Shown: positions 10,082-20,131 of the stretch, piece after piece | How the letters are laid out: every line of letters starts with the position of its first letter | How positions within the stretch are numbered: position 1 is the stretch's first letter | From: Longimicrobiales bacterium | GTDB taxonomy: Bacteria > Gemmatimonadota > Gemmatimonadetes > Longimicrobiales > Gaopeijiaceae | Assembly: GCA_965219445.1 (NCBI GenBank) | Contig: CBDCNQ010000002.1 | Coordinates: 480,001 to 544,000 of the forward strand | DNA length: 64,000 bases | Direction: 5' to 3' | Made by a program: the position numbers and the translations under genes | The notes under the pieces: generated by a model | Told to the model about the DNA's origin: nothing | Databases searched by the model: none | Seen by the model: only the letters and a program-made list of their open reading frames with translations

Positions 10082-11644
10082 TTACTCCGCCGCCTCGGCG
10101 CTGGATACGTCCCGACCCGGCTCGATGAGAGCCACGTTCGACGGCGCTGCGGCGTACACGCGCTCCAGCACCACCTGGACGCTGGGCTCCATCCTCCGCA
10201 GCAGTGGCGTCGGATGCACGCCGATCACGATCATGAGGGCGATCATGGGCGCCAAGATGGCCACCTCGCGGCGGGACAGATCGTGGACGGCCTGGTTCTC
10301 CGGTTTTTCCAGCGCGTTGAAGAAGACGCTCTGTACCATCGGCAGCATGTAGTACGCGGCAAAGATGACGCCGCTCGCCGCAAAGATGCCCACGCCGGGA
10401 TGGTACTCGAACGCCCCTAGGAGTGTGAGGAACTCCCCGACAAATCCGCTCGTGCCCGGCAACCCGATGGACGTTAAAGCGGTGATCAGGAACGCGGTGG
10501 CCAGCCACGGCGCCACTCGTCCGATACCGCCGAATTCCTCGATCAAACGCGTATGGCGACGCTCATGTAGCATGCCGAGAAGGAGAAAGAGCGCACCGGT
10601 GGAGATCCCGTGGGAGATCATGACCAGTAGTCCCCCTTGGAGTCCGTTCATGTTGAGGGCGAAGATGCCCACGACCACGAACCCCATGTGCGCCACGGAC
10701 GTGTACGCCACCAGCTTTTTCGCATCCGGTTGGACGGCAGCCACCCAGGCAGCGTAGATGATCCCTATGACACCCAGCACGAGCATGAGCGTTACGACGC
10801 TCGGATGTTGAGCCGCAACGGGAAAGAACGGCAACAGGAACCGCACGAACCCGTACGTGCCCATCTTGAGCAGGACCGCCGCCAGTACGACCGACCCCGG
10901 AGTCGGTGCCTCTACGTGGGCGTCGGGAAGCCAGGTGTGGAACGGGAAAACGGGAACCTTGATGGCAAACGCCAACGCGAAGGCCCCAAACAACCACATC
11001 TGCTCCCCCGGTGTCAGGGGAATCTGGAGAAGATCCGCGAAGGCGAAGGACGTCACGCCTAGCAGCGCCTTGCCCCGGGCGTATATGTATAGAATTCCCA
11101 CCAGCATCAGAAGGGAGCCAACGGCCGTGTAGAGGAAGAACTTTATCGCGGCGTAGACCCTCCGCTCTCCTCCCCAGATTCCGATGATGAAGTACATCGG
11201 AACGAGCGTGAGCTCGAAGAACACGTAGAAGAGGAACAGGTCCACGGCCGTGAACACTCCCACGACCCCGACCTCGAGAAGAAGCATGAGCGCATAGAAC
11301 GACTTTTCTCTCTTTTCGATGTAGTTGAACGACCCGAGGATGGCGAGTGGAACCGTGAAGGTGGTCAGCATGACCAGGAACAGGCTGATCCCATCGAGGC
11401 CGAGAGCGTAGTTCACACCCCATGCGGCGATCCACGACCGGCTGCTCTCGAGCTGATACCCACCGCCGAGGGCAGGATCGTAGGCCCACCAAAGTCCCAC
11501 GCTCAGGACGAAAACGACGAGGCTCCAACGCAGGGCGAGTCCCTTGGCCCGATCCTCTGCAGCCCAGAGAACGTGGACCGTCCCCAGGAGCGGAAGCCAA
11601 ATGAGTGCGTGTAACACCCAGCTCTCGTAGGCGAGTGCGCTCAA
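10082..11644 (-). CDS. nuoM: NADH-quinone oxidoreductase subunit M
   Basis: FHTWLPDAHVEAPT, LLKMGTYG, GLPGTSGFVGE. Confidence 0.95.
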   Translation of the reverse strand: MSALAYESWVLHALIWLPLLGTVHVLWAAEDRAKGLALRWSLVVFVLSVGLWWAYDPALGGGYQLESSRSWIAAWGVNYALGLDGISLFLVMLTTFTVPLAILGSFNYIEKREKSFYALMLLLEVGVVGVFTAVDLFLFYVFFELTLVPMYFIIGIWGGERRVYAAIKFFLYTAVGSLLMLVGILYIYARGKALLGVTSFAFADLLQIPLTPGEQMWLFGAFALAFAIKVPVFPFHTWLPDAHVEAPTPGSVVLAAVLLKMGTYGFVRFLLPFFPVAAQHPSVVTLMLVLGVIGIIYAAWVAAVQPDAKKLVAYTSVAHMGFVVVGIFALNMNGLQGGLLVMISHGISTGALFLLLGMLHERRHTRLIEEFGGIGRVAPWLATAFLITALTSIGLPGTSGFVGEFLTLLGAFEYHPGVGIFAASGVIFAAYYMLPMVQSVFFNALEKPENQAVHDLSRREVAILAPMIALMIVIGVHPTPLLRRMEPSVQVVLERVYAAAPSNVALIEPGRDVSSAEAAE

Positions 11645-11647
11645 CGT

Positions 11648-13822
11648 CTAGAGCCCGATCACGGCAAGAATGACCAACACGCCCACCGTCATGAAGAAAA
11701 CATAGGTGTTCACCTGACCCGTATGTAACAAGCTGCCTACCCACCCGACCGCCCGGACCGCGTTACCCACCGCATTGACCGCCCCATCGATGATCTTGGC
11801 ATCCAGGACCCGCCACAGGACCCGCGAGGTGGTCAGGATGGGATCGACTACCCATCGGTGATAGAACTCGTCCACGTACCACTTGTTGAAGAGAATGCGT
11901 GAGAACCCCGTCGGCTCGACATCATCCACCGCCACCGGTACCCTCTTGCTCCCGAAGAGCCGGGTGGTCACCAAAACCACAGTCAGGGCCGCGACGGTCG
12001 AAATCAGCCCCCACGCCACCTCTCCGCCCCCAAGCGGTGCGGCGTGCGCCAGCTCCCCGAGTTGCGCCTCCTGGACCTGGTGGGCGGCTTCGGTGACCGG
12101 CTCGAGCCAGCCATGGAGCCACTCGCCCATCGGAAGAAAGCCAAATCCGCCCAGCACGGACTCCCTCAGATCCGGCGTGACATTGATCCAACCGCCGAAG
12201 ACGGACAGCGCGGCAAGGATCGCGAGGGGGATCCACATGGTTCTCGGAGCTTCGTGGAGGTGCTCGGCCTCCGTCGATCCGGTCCTGTTCTCGCCATGAA
12301 AGGTCATGAGCATCAGTCGCGTCATATAGAACGCGGTCAGCATGGCCGCGGCCAATGCCAGGACCCAGTAAACCGTGTAGAGACCCTGGTACGGCGCGTT
12401 CTCTGCGCCCGCCATCGAACCCGTCATCCAGATGATTTCGTCCTTCGAGAAGAAGCCCGCGAAGGGCCAGATCCCCGCGATCGCCAAGGTAGCGAGCCAC
12501 ATGGTGACCCAAGTGATCGGCATGTAGGCCTTGAGCCCACCCATATTCCGCATGTCCTGAGCGTCCCAATCCTTGTGCGTATGATGAAGCGCGTGGTGCA
12601 TCGAGTGGATGACGGCCCCCGCCCCCAAGAATAGGAGCGCCTTGAAGAAGGCGTGGGTCATGAGATGGAAGATACCGGCCGTATACGCCCCCACACCGAC
12701 ACCCAAGAACATGTAGCCCAACTGCGAGACCGTGGAATACGCCAGAAGCTTCTTGATGTCTTGCTGCTTCAAGGCGATGGTCGCGGCGAAGAGCGCGGTA
12801 AGCACGCCGATCCCTGCCACCACGGCGCTGCTGAGCGGAGCGAGTGCGAACAGCACGGAGGATCGTGCGATCAGGTAGACCCCGGCGGTGACCATCGTGG
12901 CCGCATGGATGAGGGCGGATACCGGCGTCGGACCCGCCATGGCGTCGGGTAGCCAAATATAAAGCGGAATTTGGGCGCTCTTACCCGTGGCAGCCAACAA
13001 GAAGAACAGTGTCACGGTGGTAACTACCGGGCCGCCGTAGAGGAATACGGACTCGGCGTCCCCAAACACGCCTACGAAGTCCACCCGCTGGAACACCAGG
13101 TACAGCAGAAAAATCGCAAGGAGAAAGCCGAGGTCGCCGATCCGATTCACGATGAACGCTTTCTTTCCAGCGGAAGCCTTTACCTCGTCGCTGAACCAGA
13201 ATCCGATCAGAAGGTAGGAGCAGAGCCCCACACCCTCCCAGCCGATGAACATGATCGGATAGTTGGCCCCCATGACCAACACCAGCATGAAGAAGACAAA
13301 CAGGTTGAGGTAGGCGAAGTAGCGCGGGTAACCTGGATCATCCTGCATGTATCCGACGCTGAACACGTGGATCAGGAACCCCACTCCGGTGACGATCATC
13401 ATCATGATCATCGAGAGCTGGTCGAGCTGGATCGCGGCCGCCACGTCCAGGCGATCTCCGGTAAGAAGGTCTTCACCCGCAGTGATCCACGACCAATAGC
13501 TACGGATCACAGGCTCGTGCAGCTCGGCGCCGAGCATCCCCACGAAGTTCACCAAGGTGAGCAGGAACGCCAGCAGCACGACACCGGGGCCCACCCAGGT
13601 TGGTAGGCTGTGGGAGGCGGGGCGACCGTTTTCGAAGAAGTCGAACTCCCCGCCGGCTCGGACCGCATCGGCCGACACTCGGGCAGCGGACAAGGCAAGC
13701 ACGCCATTGACGACGAACCCCAAAAGCGGCAAGAGGATGATGAGCCCTGGAAGGAAAGGCTCCCAGGCGCCTTGTGACTCCTCGAGTCCGCCGGCCTGCA
13801 CCAGTAGACCGAACTGCGTCAC
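11648..13822 (-). CDS. nuoL: NADH-quinone oxidoreductase subunit L
   Basis: GKSAQIPLYIWLPDAMAGPTPVSALIHAATMVTAG, HAFFKALLF. Confidence 0.95.
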   Translation of the reverse strand: MTQFGLLVQAGGLEESQGAWEPFLPGLIILLPLLGFVVNGVLALSAARVSADAVRAGGEFDFFENGRPASHSLPTWVGPGVVLLAFLLTLVNFVGMLGAELHEPVIRSYWSWITAGEDLLTGDRLDVAAAIQLDQLSMIMMMIVTGVGFLIHVFSVGYMQDDPGYPRYFAYLNLFVFFMLVLVMGANYPIMFIGWEGVGLCSYLLIGFWFSDEVKASAGKKAFIVNRIGDLGFLLAIFLLYLVFQRVDFVGVFGDAESVFLYGGPVVTTVTLFFLLAATGKSAQIPLYIWLPDAMAGPTPVSALIHAATMVTAGVYLIARSSVLFALAPLSSAVVAGIGVLTALFAATIALKQQDIKKLLAYSTVSQLGYMFLGVGVGAYTAGIFHLMTHAFFKALLFLGAGAVIHSMHHALHHTHKDWDAQDMRNMGGLKAYMPITWVTMWLATLAIAGIWPFAGFFSKDEIIWMTGSMAGAENAPYQGLYTVYWVLALAAAMLTAFYMTRLMLMTFHGENRTGSTEAEHLHEAPRTMWIPLAILAALSVFGGWINVTPDLRESVLGGFGFLPMGEWLHGWLEPVTEAAHQVQEAQLGELAHAAPLGGGEVAWGLISTVAALTVVLVTTRLFGSKRVPVAVDDVEPTGFSRILFNKWYVDEFYHRWVVDPILTTSRVLWRVLDAKIIDGAVNAVGNAVRAVGWVGSLLHTGQVNTYVFFMTVGVLVILAVIGL

Positions 13823-13826
13823 CAGC

Positions 13827-14120
13827 TCACCACTTGAGGAGGTTGAAGTTGTTCACGTTCACCGTTTCGTAGTGCCGGAATATGGAGATGATGATCGCCA
13901 AACCGACGGCGGCTTCCGCGGCCGCGACCGTCATGACGAAGAACACGAACAGCTGGCCCTCGATGCCCACGTATCTTGAAAACGCGACGAACGTGAGGTT
14001 CACCGCGTTCAGCTGGAGCTCGATGCACAAGAACATGACGATCACGTTTCGGCGCACGATCACACCGAGAGTCCCGAGCACAAAGATCAGCCCGGCTAGG
14101 ATGAGAGACTCGGCCAACAC
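13827..14120 (-). CDS. nuoK: NADH-quinone oxidoreductase subunit K
   Basis: [25 protein letters not shown]. Confidence 0.95.
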   Translation of the reverse strand: MLAESLILAGLIFVLGTLGVIVRRNVIVMFLCIELQLNAVNLTFVAFSRYVGIEGQLFVFFVMTVAAAEAAVGLAIIISIFRHYETVNVNNFNLLKW

Positions 14121-14122
14121 GG

Positions 14123-14644
14123 TCAGGTCGCCGTCTTGGCCAAAACGACCGCACCCACGATTGCCACTAGAAGCAGGATGCCCGTCAGCTCGAACGGGAC
14201 CACGTAGTCCGTGAAGAGCGGCCGTGCGATCGCCCCCACCGCCCCGTGTTCCCGCAAAGCCGCATCGATCGCGTCGCCCGCGCCCAGATTGGTTTCGAGC
14301 CCGGAGCTGCCGCTTCCCAACTGGCGAGCCAGCAGACCACCGATGCCTCCCGTCACCGCGAATCCGAAGATCGTGGCGACGCTGCCCCGAATGTCGCGTC
14401 GATACTCGTGCCCCAGATTGAGCAGCATGATCACGAACAGGAAGAGCACCATGATCGCACCGGCATACACAATGATCTGGACCGCCGCGAGGAAGTGAGC
14501 CTCCAGCAGTACGAAGACCCCCGCCGTGCTGGCCAACGTCGCCACCATGAACAACAGGCTTCCTACAGGGCTGCGGCTCACGACCACGCCCATCGAGCCA
14601 CCGACCGCGACGGCCGCGAACACGAAGAAGAGGACTTCAGTCAT
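14123..14644 (-). CDS. nuoJ: NADH-quinone oxidoreductase subunit J
   Basis: [30 protein letters not shown]. Confidence 0.95.
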   Translation of the reverse strand: MTEVLFFVFAAVAVGGSMGVVVSRSPVGSLLFMVATLASTAGVFVLLEAHFLAAVQIIVYAGAIMVLFLFVIMLLNLGHEYRRDIRGSVATIFGFAVTGGIGGLLARQLGSGSSGLETNLGAGDAIDAALREHGAVGAIARPLFTDYVVPFELTGILLLVAIVGAVVLAKTAT

Positions 14645-14665
14645 GCGCCCATTTCACGCGTCGTA

Positions 14666-15166
14666 TCACTCGCCGGCGGGGTCTGCGGGGTCCCATAACA
14701 ACGTGGTCGGATGGTCCTGATCCATCAGCCGATCCAGATCATAGACGAAGCGGTCGCGCGTATACTCCGCGTTTTCGAAGTCACGGCCCACGTGAATCGC
14801 CTCGACCGGACAAACCTCCTGACACATGCCACAGAAAATGCAGCGGAATTCGTCGATCTCGTAGACGATCGGGTAGCGATTGCCCTGGTCGTCCTCCCCA
14901 CCGACGAGACGGATGCAGTTGGCCGGGCATACTGTCGGGCAAAGACCACACGCAACACACTTGGGCCGCCCGTCCGCATGGACCTCCATAACGTGCGTGC
15001 CACGCCACCGGGGGCTCAGTTCGGTCTGCTCCTCGGGATACTGCTGCGTCACCTTCTTCGGGCTCAGCATGTGGCGGAGCGTGATGGCCATCCCCTTGAA
15101 CGCCGCCCGCAAATAGGAGGTCCGCCCCGGATCCGGTCTCTGGATGACTCGTGTGGTTATAGCCAT
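14666..15166 (-). CDS. nuoI: NADH-quinone oxidoreductase subunit I
   Basis: Two 4Fe-4S motifs: CVACGLCPTVCP and CIFCGMCQEVCP. Confidence 0.95.
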   Translation of the reverse strand: MAITTRVIQRPDPGRTSYLRAAFKGMAITLRHMLSPKKVTQQYPEEQTELSPRWRGTHVMEVHADGRPKCVACGLCPTVCPANCIRLVGGEDDQGNRYPIVYEIDEFRCIFCGMCQEVCPVEAIHVGRDFENAEYTRDRFVYDLDRLMDQDHPTTLLWDPADPAGE

Positions 15167-15211
15167 CTCACTATTCCGTATTTTCTTAGATCCATTCGTC
15201 TAACATTGTTT

Positions 15212-16510
15212 CTAATCACCAGCCGTGGCTCCTTCGCCCACGATCACTCCCTGGCCACCAGCCGAAGGCCCCGACGCGGCCGCTTTATACCCCACCGCCG
15301 CACCCTCGATGATTCGGCCACGATCGAGGAAGAAAACGAATGCCACCGTACAGATCGCACTGACGCCGGTGAGCGCCAGCCCGTGAGTAAATCTGGAAAC
15401 GCCAACCTGGTCCAAGACCAATATCGTCGTAGAAACGATCATGATGTACGCCAAGGCCGTGGGCAGCATGATCTTCCACCCCAACTGCATCACCTGGTCG
15501 TAGCGGAAACGTGGCAGCGTCCACCGAACCCAGATGTAGAAGACCAGGAAGAACCCCGTCTTTGCGGCAAAGCCGGCGAAGGTCAGCAATGTCTTCCAAA
15601 TGGCCGGCGCGGCAGCGATGGGAGCACCCGACGCGTCGAAGCCCCGAATCAGCTCGCCCTGGAACCAGAAGGCATCGTCCCACGAACCGGGCAAATCCCA
15701 CCCACCGAAAAAGAGTGTAGCCATGAGTGCCGCTGCCGTCAGCATGTGCGCGTATTCGGCGATGAAGAACATGGAGAACTTCATCGCGGAATATTCGGTG
15801 TGAAAGCCCGTGATGAGCTCTGACTCCGCCTCAGGCATATCGAACGGCAACCGGTTCGTCTCGGCGAACGCCGACACGACGAACAGGATGAACCCCAGAG
15901 AAAGGGGGAGTGCAAACCAGAGGCCCAACTGCTGCTGTTGCCAAACGATCTCCGTGAGCGTGACGCTGCCGGCCATCATGATCACCACAATCAGGCTCAG
16001 GCCGAGGGCGACTTCGTAGCTGACCATCTGGGCCGAAGCCCGAAGGGCACCCAAGAAGGCATACTTATTGTTGGATGCCCAGCCCCCGATCACGATCCCG
16101 TACACGCCCAGTGAGCTGAGCGCGAGAATGTAGAGGAGGCCGATCGGAACGTCGGCGATGATCATGTCGACGACCCCCCACGGTGTGGGGAGCGGTGCGG
16201 CGAAGGGCACCACCGCGAACGTAACCAGCGCAGGAACCATCGCCAGCATCGGCCCGAGCATGAAGTAAAACTTCGAGGCGGCTCCGGGAAGCGCTTCTTC
16301 CTTGACGAGGTTCTTTAGCCCATCCGCAATCGGCTGAAGCAGCCCGAACGGTCCGACGCGATTGGGGCCGAGCCGGTCCTGGATGAACGCAGAAATCCGC
16401 CGCTCGGCGAGCGTCGTGTAGGCCACCGTCAACATCACCACGCCGAACATGATGGCGACCTTGAGTGATGAGGCCAGGAGGAGCGGCAGACCGGCAATCG
16501 GAGTGTTCAC
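15212..16510 (-). CDS. nuoH: NADH-quinone oxidoreductase subunit H
   Basis: QDRLGPNRVGPFGLLQPIADGLK, AETNRLPFDMPEAESE, PRFRYDQ; GTG 16510 lies just after the nuoG stop. Confidence 0.93.
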   Translation of the reverse strand: MNTPIAGLPLLLASSLKVAIMFGVVMLTVAYTTLAERRISAFIQDRLGPNRVGPFGLLQPIADGLKNLVKEEALPGAASKFYFMLGPMLAMVPALVTFAVVPFAAPLPTPWGVVDMIIADVPIGLLYILALSSLGVYGIVIGGWASNNKYAFLGALRASAQMVSYEVALGLSLIVVIMMAGSVTLTEIVWQQQQLGLWFALPLSLGFILFVVSAFAETNRLPFDMPEAESELITGFHTEYSAMKFSMFFIAEYAHMLTAAALMATLFFGGWDLPGSWDDAFWFQGELIRGFDASGAPIAAAPAIWKTLLTFAGFAAKTGFFLVFYIWVRWTLPRFRYDQVMQLGWKIMLPTALAYIMIVSTTILVLDQVGVSRFTHGLALTGVSAICTVAFVFFLDRGRIIEGAAVGYKAAASGPSAGGQGVIVGEGATAGD

Positions 16511-16511
16511 G

Positions 16512-18140
16512 TCAGTCCGCCACCACGGGTACCCGTGCTCCGGGCGGCCCACCCTGGGCGCCGATCGTTTCGTAATCCAGTCCCCTATACGACTCTACCA
16601 CGTCGGCCACCAGACCGAAGGCCTGCTCAGCGCTACGCGGCCCCTCCTCATCTTGGATTGCACCCAAGAGCGCCCCCAGCACTAACCACGCGGGGCGAGC
16701 CGCTCCGGGGCCCGACAGCGCAGGCCAGAACCGTTGCACGCGTCCTACATGGTTCGTGAAGGTCCCTTCTTGTTCCGCGAACGTGGTGACCGGCAACTGG
16801 AAGTCGGCCGAGGCGAGAGCCGCAGACGTGTACGCACCCACATACAGCACCAGTGCTGCGTTGGGGGCGAAGCCCTCGGGCTGATCGTCGAGTGCGTCCC
16901 CGAGGACCAGAACCACGCCGTCGTACTCCGCAAAGTCGTCCAGCCCCCCCTGCCCTGCGTCGTCGCCCACCCTCTCACATCCGAGCAATTCAGCACCCTG
17001 CTCATTGGGCGCCAGCCCTTTCCGGCGTGCCAACCCCTCGTATCCTCGTAGCGCGACCTCTTCATCGGCTCGCGGAGAGCGAAAGACCACCGCGCCGTCA
17101 CCAAGAGTCCGGACCAGGCGCGACACCGCTCCGAGATCCTCATTCGACCAGAAGGGCGACACGACCGCTTTCACCGAACTTGCGCGCAGTGTGTCGACTC
17201 GCGCCTTCAACGCCTCGAGCGCCTCCGTCCAGCCCATCGCCGTTTTGCGGCCCTCGGCGTGCATGACCGGTGCCTCCAGCCGGTCGCCCCTGTTCAGCCA
17301 TTCGTACCGACCACGTCCGTAGTCGCAGATCCAATGCCCGTTCACCTCCGGGTTGGTTCGAGGCTTCATGCGATGTACCAGGTTGTCCCTGGTGTGCAGC
17401 TCGATGTTGCACCCCTGGCTGCAATTCGGGCAGATCGAGGGCGTGTGATCGAGGTCCCACGCTCGGGCCCTGTGGAGGAAGTCCTTCGACACGAGCGCGC
17501 CCACGGGGCAGATATCCACCACGTTCCCGGCCCATTCGGCCTGTTCCAGCCCCTTGTCGAAGAATGTGTCGATCACCGAACGGCTCCCCCGCTCTACCAC
17601 TGTGAGCAACGGCTTTTCCTCGACCTCCTCCATGAAGCGGACGCAGCGTGTGCACATCACACAGCGATCCCCGTAGAAGAGGACGTCCCCTCCAAAGTCG
17701 TCGCGTCCCAGCACACGCTTCGCGTCACGCCCCCGACCGTGCTCCCGACCCTCGGCGAACACGAAGTCCTGGAGGTCGCACTCACCCGACTGGTCACAGA
17801 TTGGACAGTCGAGGGGATGGTTCAGCAGGTAGAACTCCAGTACACCACGCCGCATCCGCGTGGCGTTGTCGCTCTGGGTGCGTACCACTTGCCCCTCAGC
17901 CACGGTGGTTGTGCACGACGGAAGCAGCTTGGGTGCGCCCTCCACCTCGACGAGACAGAGGCGGCACATGGCCGGTGACGAAAGACCCGGGTGATAACAG
18001 TAGTGCGGCACCTCCGTGCCGGCGCCCTGCGCCGCCTGAAGAAGTGTCGTCCCCTGAGGCACCGTGACCTCTTGCCCGTCTATCGACAGTGTCACCTTCT
18101 CCACGTCGGAGCCGTCGATTTTGGTAGTCTTGTCGGCCAT
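16512..18140 (-). CDS. nuoG: NADH-quinone oxidoreductase subunit G (short, 542 aa)
   Basis: CYHPGLS..AMCRLC, NHPLDCPICDQSGEC, CVMCTRC, CPNCSQGC. Confidence 0.92.
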   Translation of the reverse strand: MADKTTKIDGSDVEKVTLSIDGQEVTVPQGTTLLQAAQGAGTEVPHYCYHPGLSSPAMCRLCLVEVEGAPKLLPSCTTTVAEGQVVRTQSDNATRMRRGVLEFYLLNHPLDCPICDQSGECDLQDFVFAEGREHGRGRDAKRVLGRDDFGGDVLFYGDRCVMCTRCVRFMEEVEEKPLLTVVERGSRSVIDTFFDKGLEQAEWAGNVVDICPVGALVSKDFLHRARAWDLDHTPSICPNCSQGCNIELHTRDNLVHRMKPRTNPEVNGHWICDYGRGRYEWLNRGDRLEAPVMHAEGRKTAMGWTEALEALKARVDTLRASSVKAVVSPFWSNEDLGAVSRLVRTLGDGAVVFRSPRADEEVALRGYEGLARRKGLAPNEQGAELLGCERVGDDAGQGGLDDFAEYDGVVLVLGDALDDQPEGFAPNAALVLYVGAYTSAALASADFQLPVTTFAEQEGTFTNHVGRVQRFWPALSGPGAARPAWLVLGALLGAIQDEEGPRSAEQAFGLVADVVESYRGLDYETIGAQGGPPGARVPVVAD

Positions 18141-18144
18141 CGCG

Positions 18145-19437
18145 CTACGCGGCCCCCACCCGCTCGCCGCGGCGGATCAAAGCAAGGTATTCGTCTCTGA
18201 ACTTCTCGATGGAAGACTGCACGGGAGCGGCCACCGAATCCGAAAGCACGCAGATGGTCGTGCCGGTCATCTGCTCGCTGACTTCGACGAGCGTGTCGAG
18301 GTCGTCTTCGGTCCCGCGTCCATCCTCTATGCGCTTGAGGATCGTGGTGACCCAAGCGGTGCCCTCACGGCACGGCGTGCACTGGCCGCACGACTCGTGC
18401 GCGTAGAACGACGCCATGCGCATGACCTGATGCACGATGTCCGTGGTCTCGTCCATGACGATCACGGATGCACACCCCAGCATTGATCCGGCCTCGACCA
18501 CCCCTTCATAAGAGAGCAAGCAGTTCATTGACTCCTCGGCGGACAGGAGCGGAACTGAGCTGCCACCCGGGATGACCGCCTTCAGCGCCCGATCCTTGAT
18601 CATGCCACCACACACGTCGTAGATGAGATCCTTGAGCGGGAAGCCGAGCGGAAGCTCGTAGTTACCCGGACGCCTCACATGACCGCTCACGCAGAACAGC
18701 TTGGTCCCCGGACTCTTCTCCGAGCCCCACTGCCGGTACCACTCACCCCCGTTCGCGACGATGGGCGGGATCGCCGCAAGAGTTTCGACGTTGTTGATGG
18801 TCGTCGGCATTCCGAAGGCACCGACGGCGGCCGGAAATGGTGGCTTTACACGCGGCTCCCCCCGACGCCCCTCGAGAGAGTTCATCAGGCCGGTTTCTTC
18901 GCCGCAGATGTATGCACCCGCACCCGCAAAAACCGTCACATCGATCTTCTGCCCGGAACCCAGGACGTCGTCGCCGAGAATGCCCGCCTCGTATGCGTCC
19001 TCGACCGCCTTCGCCATAACCTGATTCGCTTCGAAGAACTCACCACGGCAGTAGATGTACACATGCTCGGCACCCATCGCATAGGCGCCGATGACACACC
19101 CTTCGATGAGCAGATGCGGCACCCAGCGCAGAAGTTCACGGTCCTTGAATGTACCGGGCTCGGATTCGTCCGCGTTGCAGAGCAGATAATGGGGCTTGGC
19201 CTTGTCCTTGGGCATGAAGCTCCACTTGAGCCCGGTCGGGAAGCCGGCCCCTCCCCGTCCGCGCAGCCCCGACGCCTTGACGATCTCCACCACGTCCTCG
19301 GGGCTCATGTCCAAAGCCTGCTTCAAGGCCTCGTAGCCCCCGCGCGCCTCCCAACCGTCCAGCGTCCGGGCCTCGGGGTCACCAAAATACTTGGAAAGAA
19401 TCGGGACTTCCTGTTCGTGGCTATACGGGTACCCCAT
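18145..19437 (-). CDS. nuoF: NADH-quinone oxidoreductase subunit F
   Basis: GLRGRGGAGFPTG, NADESEPG, GAGAYICGEE, ESCGQCTPCREG. Confidence 0.96.
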   Translation of the reverse strand: MGYPYSHEQEVPILSKYFGDPEARTLDGWEARGGYEALKQALDMSPEDVVEIVKASGLRGRGGAGFPTGLKWSFMPKDKAKPHYLLCNADESEPGTFKDRELLRWVPHLLIEGCVIGAYAMGAEHVYIYCRGEFFEANQVMAKAVEDAYEAGILGDDVLGSGQKIDVTVFAGAGAYICGEETGLMNSLEGRRGEPRVKPPFPAAVGAFGMPTTINNVETLAAIPPIVANGGEWYRQWGSEKSPGTKLFCVSGHVRRPGNYELPLGFPLKDLIYDVCGGMIKDRALKAVIPGGSSVPLLSAEESMNCLLSYEGVVEAGSMLGCASVIVMDETTDIVHQVMRMASFYAHESCGQCTPCREGTAWVTTILKRIEDGRGTEDDLDTLVEVSEQMTGTTICVLSDSVAAPVQSSIEKFRDEYLALIRRGERVGAA

Positions 19438-19441
19438 GTGA

Positions 19442-20131
19442 CTATCCCTCACCCTCCGGCCCCGTCGAGTAAGCCGCGCCAGCTCCCCACTCCCGCAAGT
19501 GAGCTACGATCCGCGGAACCTCCTCGAGGGTCACGTTCTCGTAGTACCGGGAGTTGATCTGCACACAGGTGGGAAAGCCACAGCCTGCCAGACACTCGGC
19601 CTCGATCACCGTAAAGGCGCCGTCGAGGGAGGTCGCGCCCATCTCGGTGTTCGTGTGCTCCAGAAACGCCTCGAGCACATCCTCGGCGCCACAGAGGTTG
19701 CAGCTGATGTTGGTACACACCTGCACGAGGTGCCGTCCCACTGGGCGCTTGTTGTACATCGTGTAGAAGGTCGCCACCCCACGCACGTACGCGGACGAAA
19801 GCTCGAGGAGCTCCCCCACCCGATCCATGGTCTCGGGGGAGATGTGCCCGCGTACCTCCTGGGCCAGATTGAGAGCCGGCAGCAGCGCAGCGCGCTTGTT
19901 CGGATATCTGGTCAGGATTTTCTTGAGGCGTGCTTCATACGGCCCTTCGAAGAGGGGCGCATCTGGATCCTTCTCCTCCAACATGTACGGGTAGGTGGCC
20001 GATCCCGCAGCGTGCCCGCCTTCCAGCGGACGGACCCCCACGAAGTCGATCCCCCGAACCTGCTCTTCGGTCAGATCGTACTCGCCCACATTCCCCGCCC
20101 AACCCGGGTTCTTGAAGGGAATCTCGCTCAT
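19442..20131 (-). CDS. nuoE: NADH-quinone oxidoreductase subunit E
   Basis: VATFYTMY, CTNISC, ECLAGC; ATG 20131 overlaps the nuoD stop (ATGA). Confidence 0.92.
   Translation of the reverse strand: MSEIPFKNPGWAGNVGEYDLTEEQVRGIDFVGVRPLEGGHAAGSATYPYMLEEKDPDAPLFEGPYEARLKKILTRYPNKRAALLPALNLAQEVRGHISPETMDRVGELLELSSAYVRGVATFYTMYNKRPVGRHLVQVCTNISCNLCGAEDVLEAFLEHTNTEMGATSLDGAFTVIEAECLAGCGFPTCVQINSRYYENVTLEEVPRIVAHLREWGAGAAYSTGPEGEG

Noticed and set aside
15167..15211. AT-rich spacer between nuoH and nuoI
   Set aside because: Only 45 nt, with no convincing promoter, hairpin or repeat
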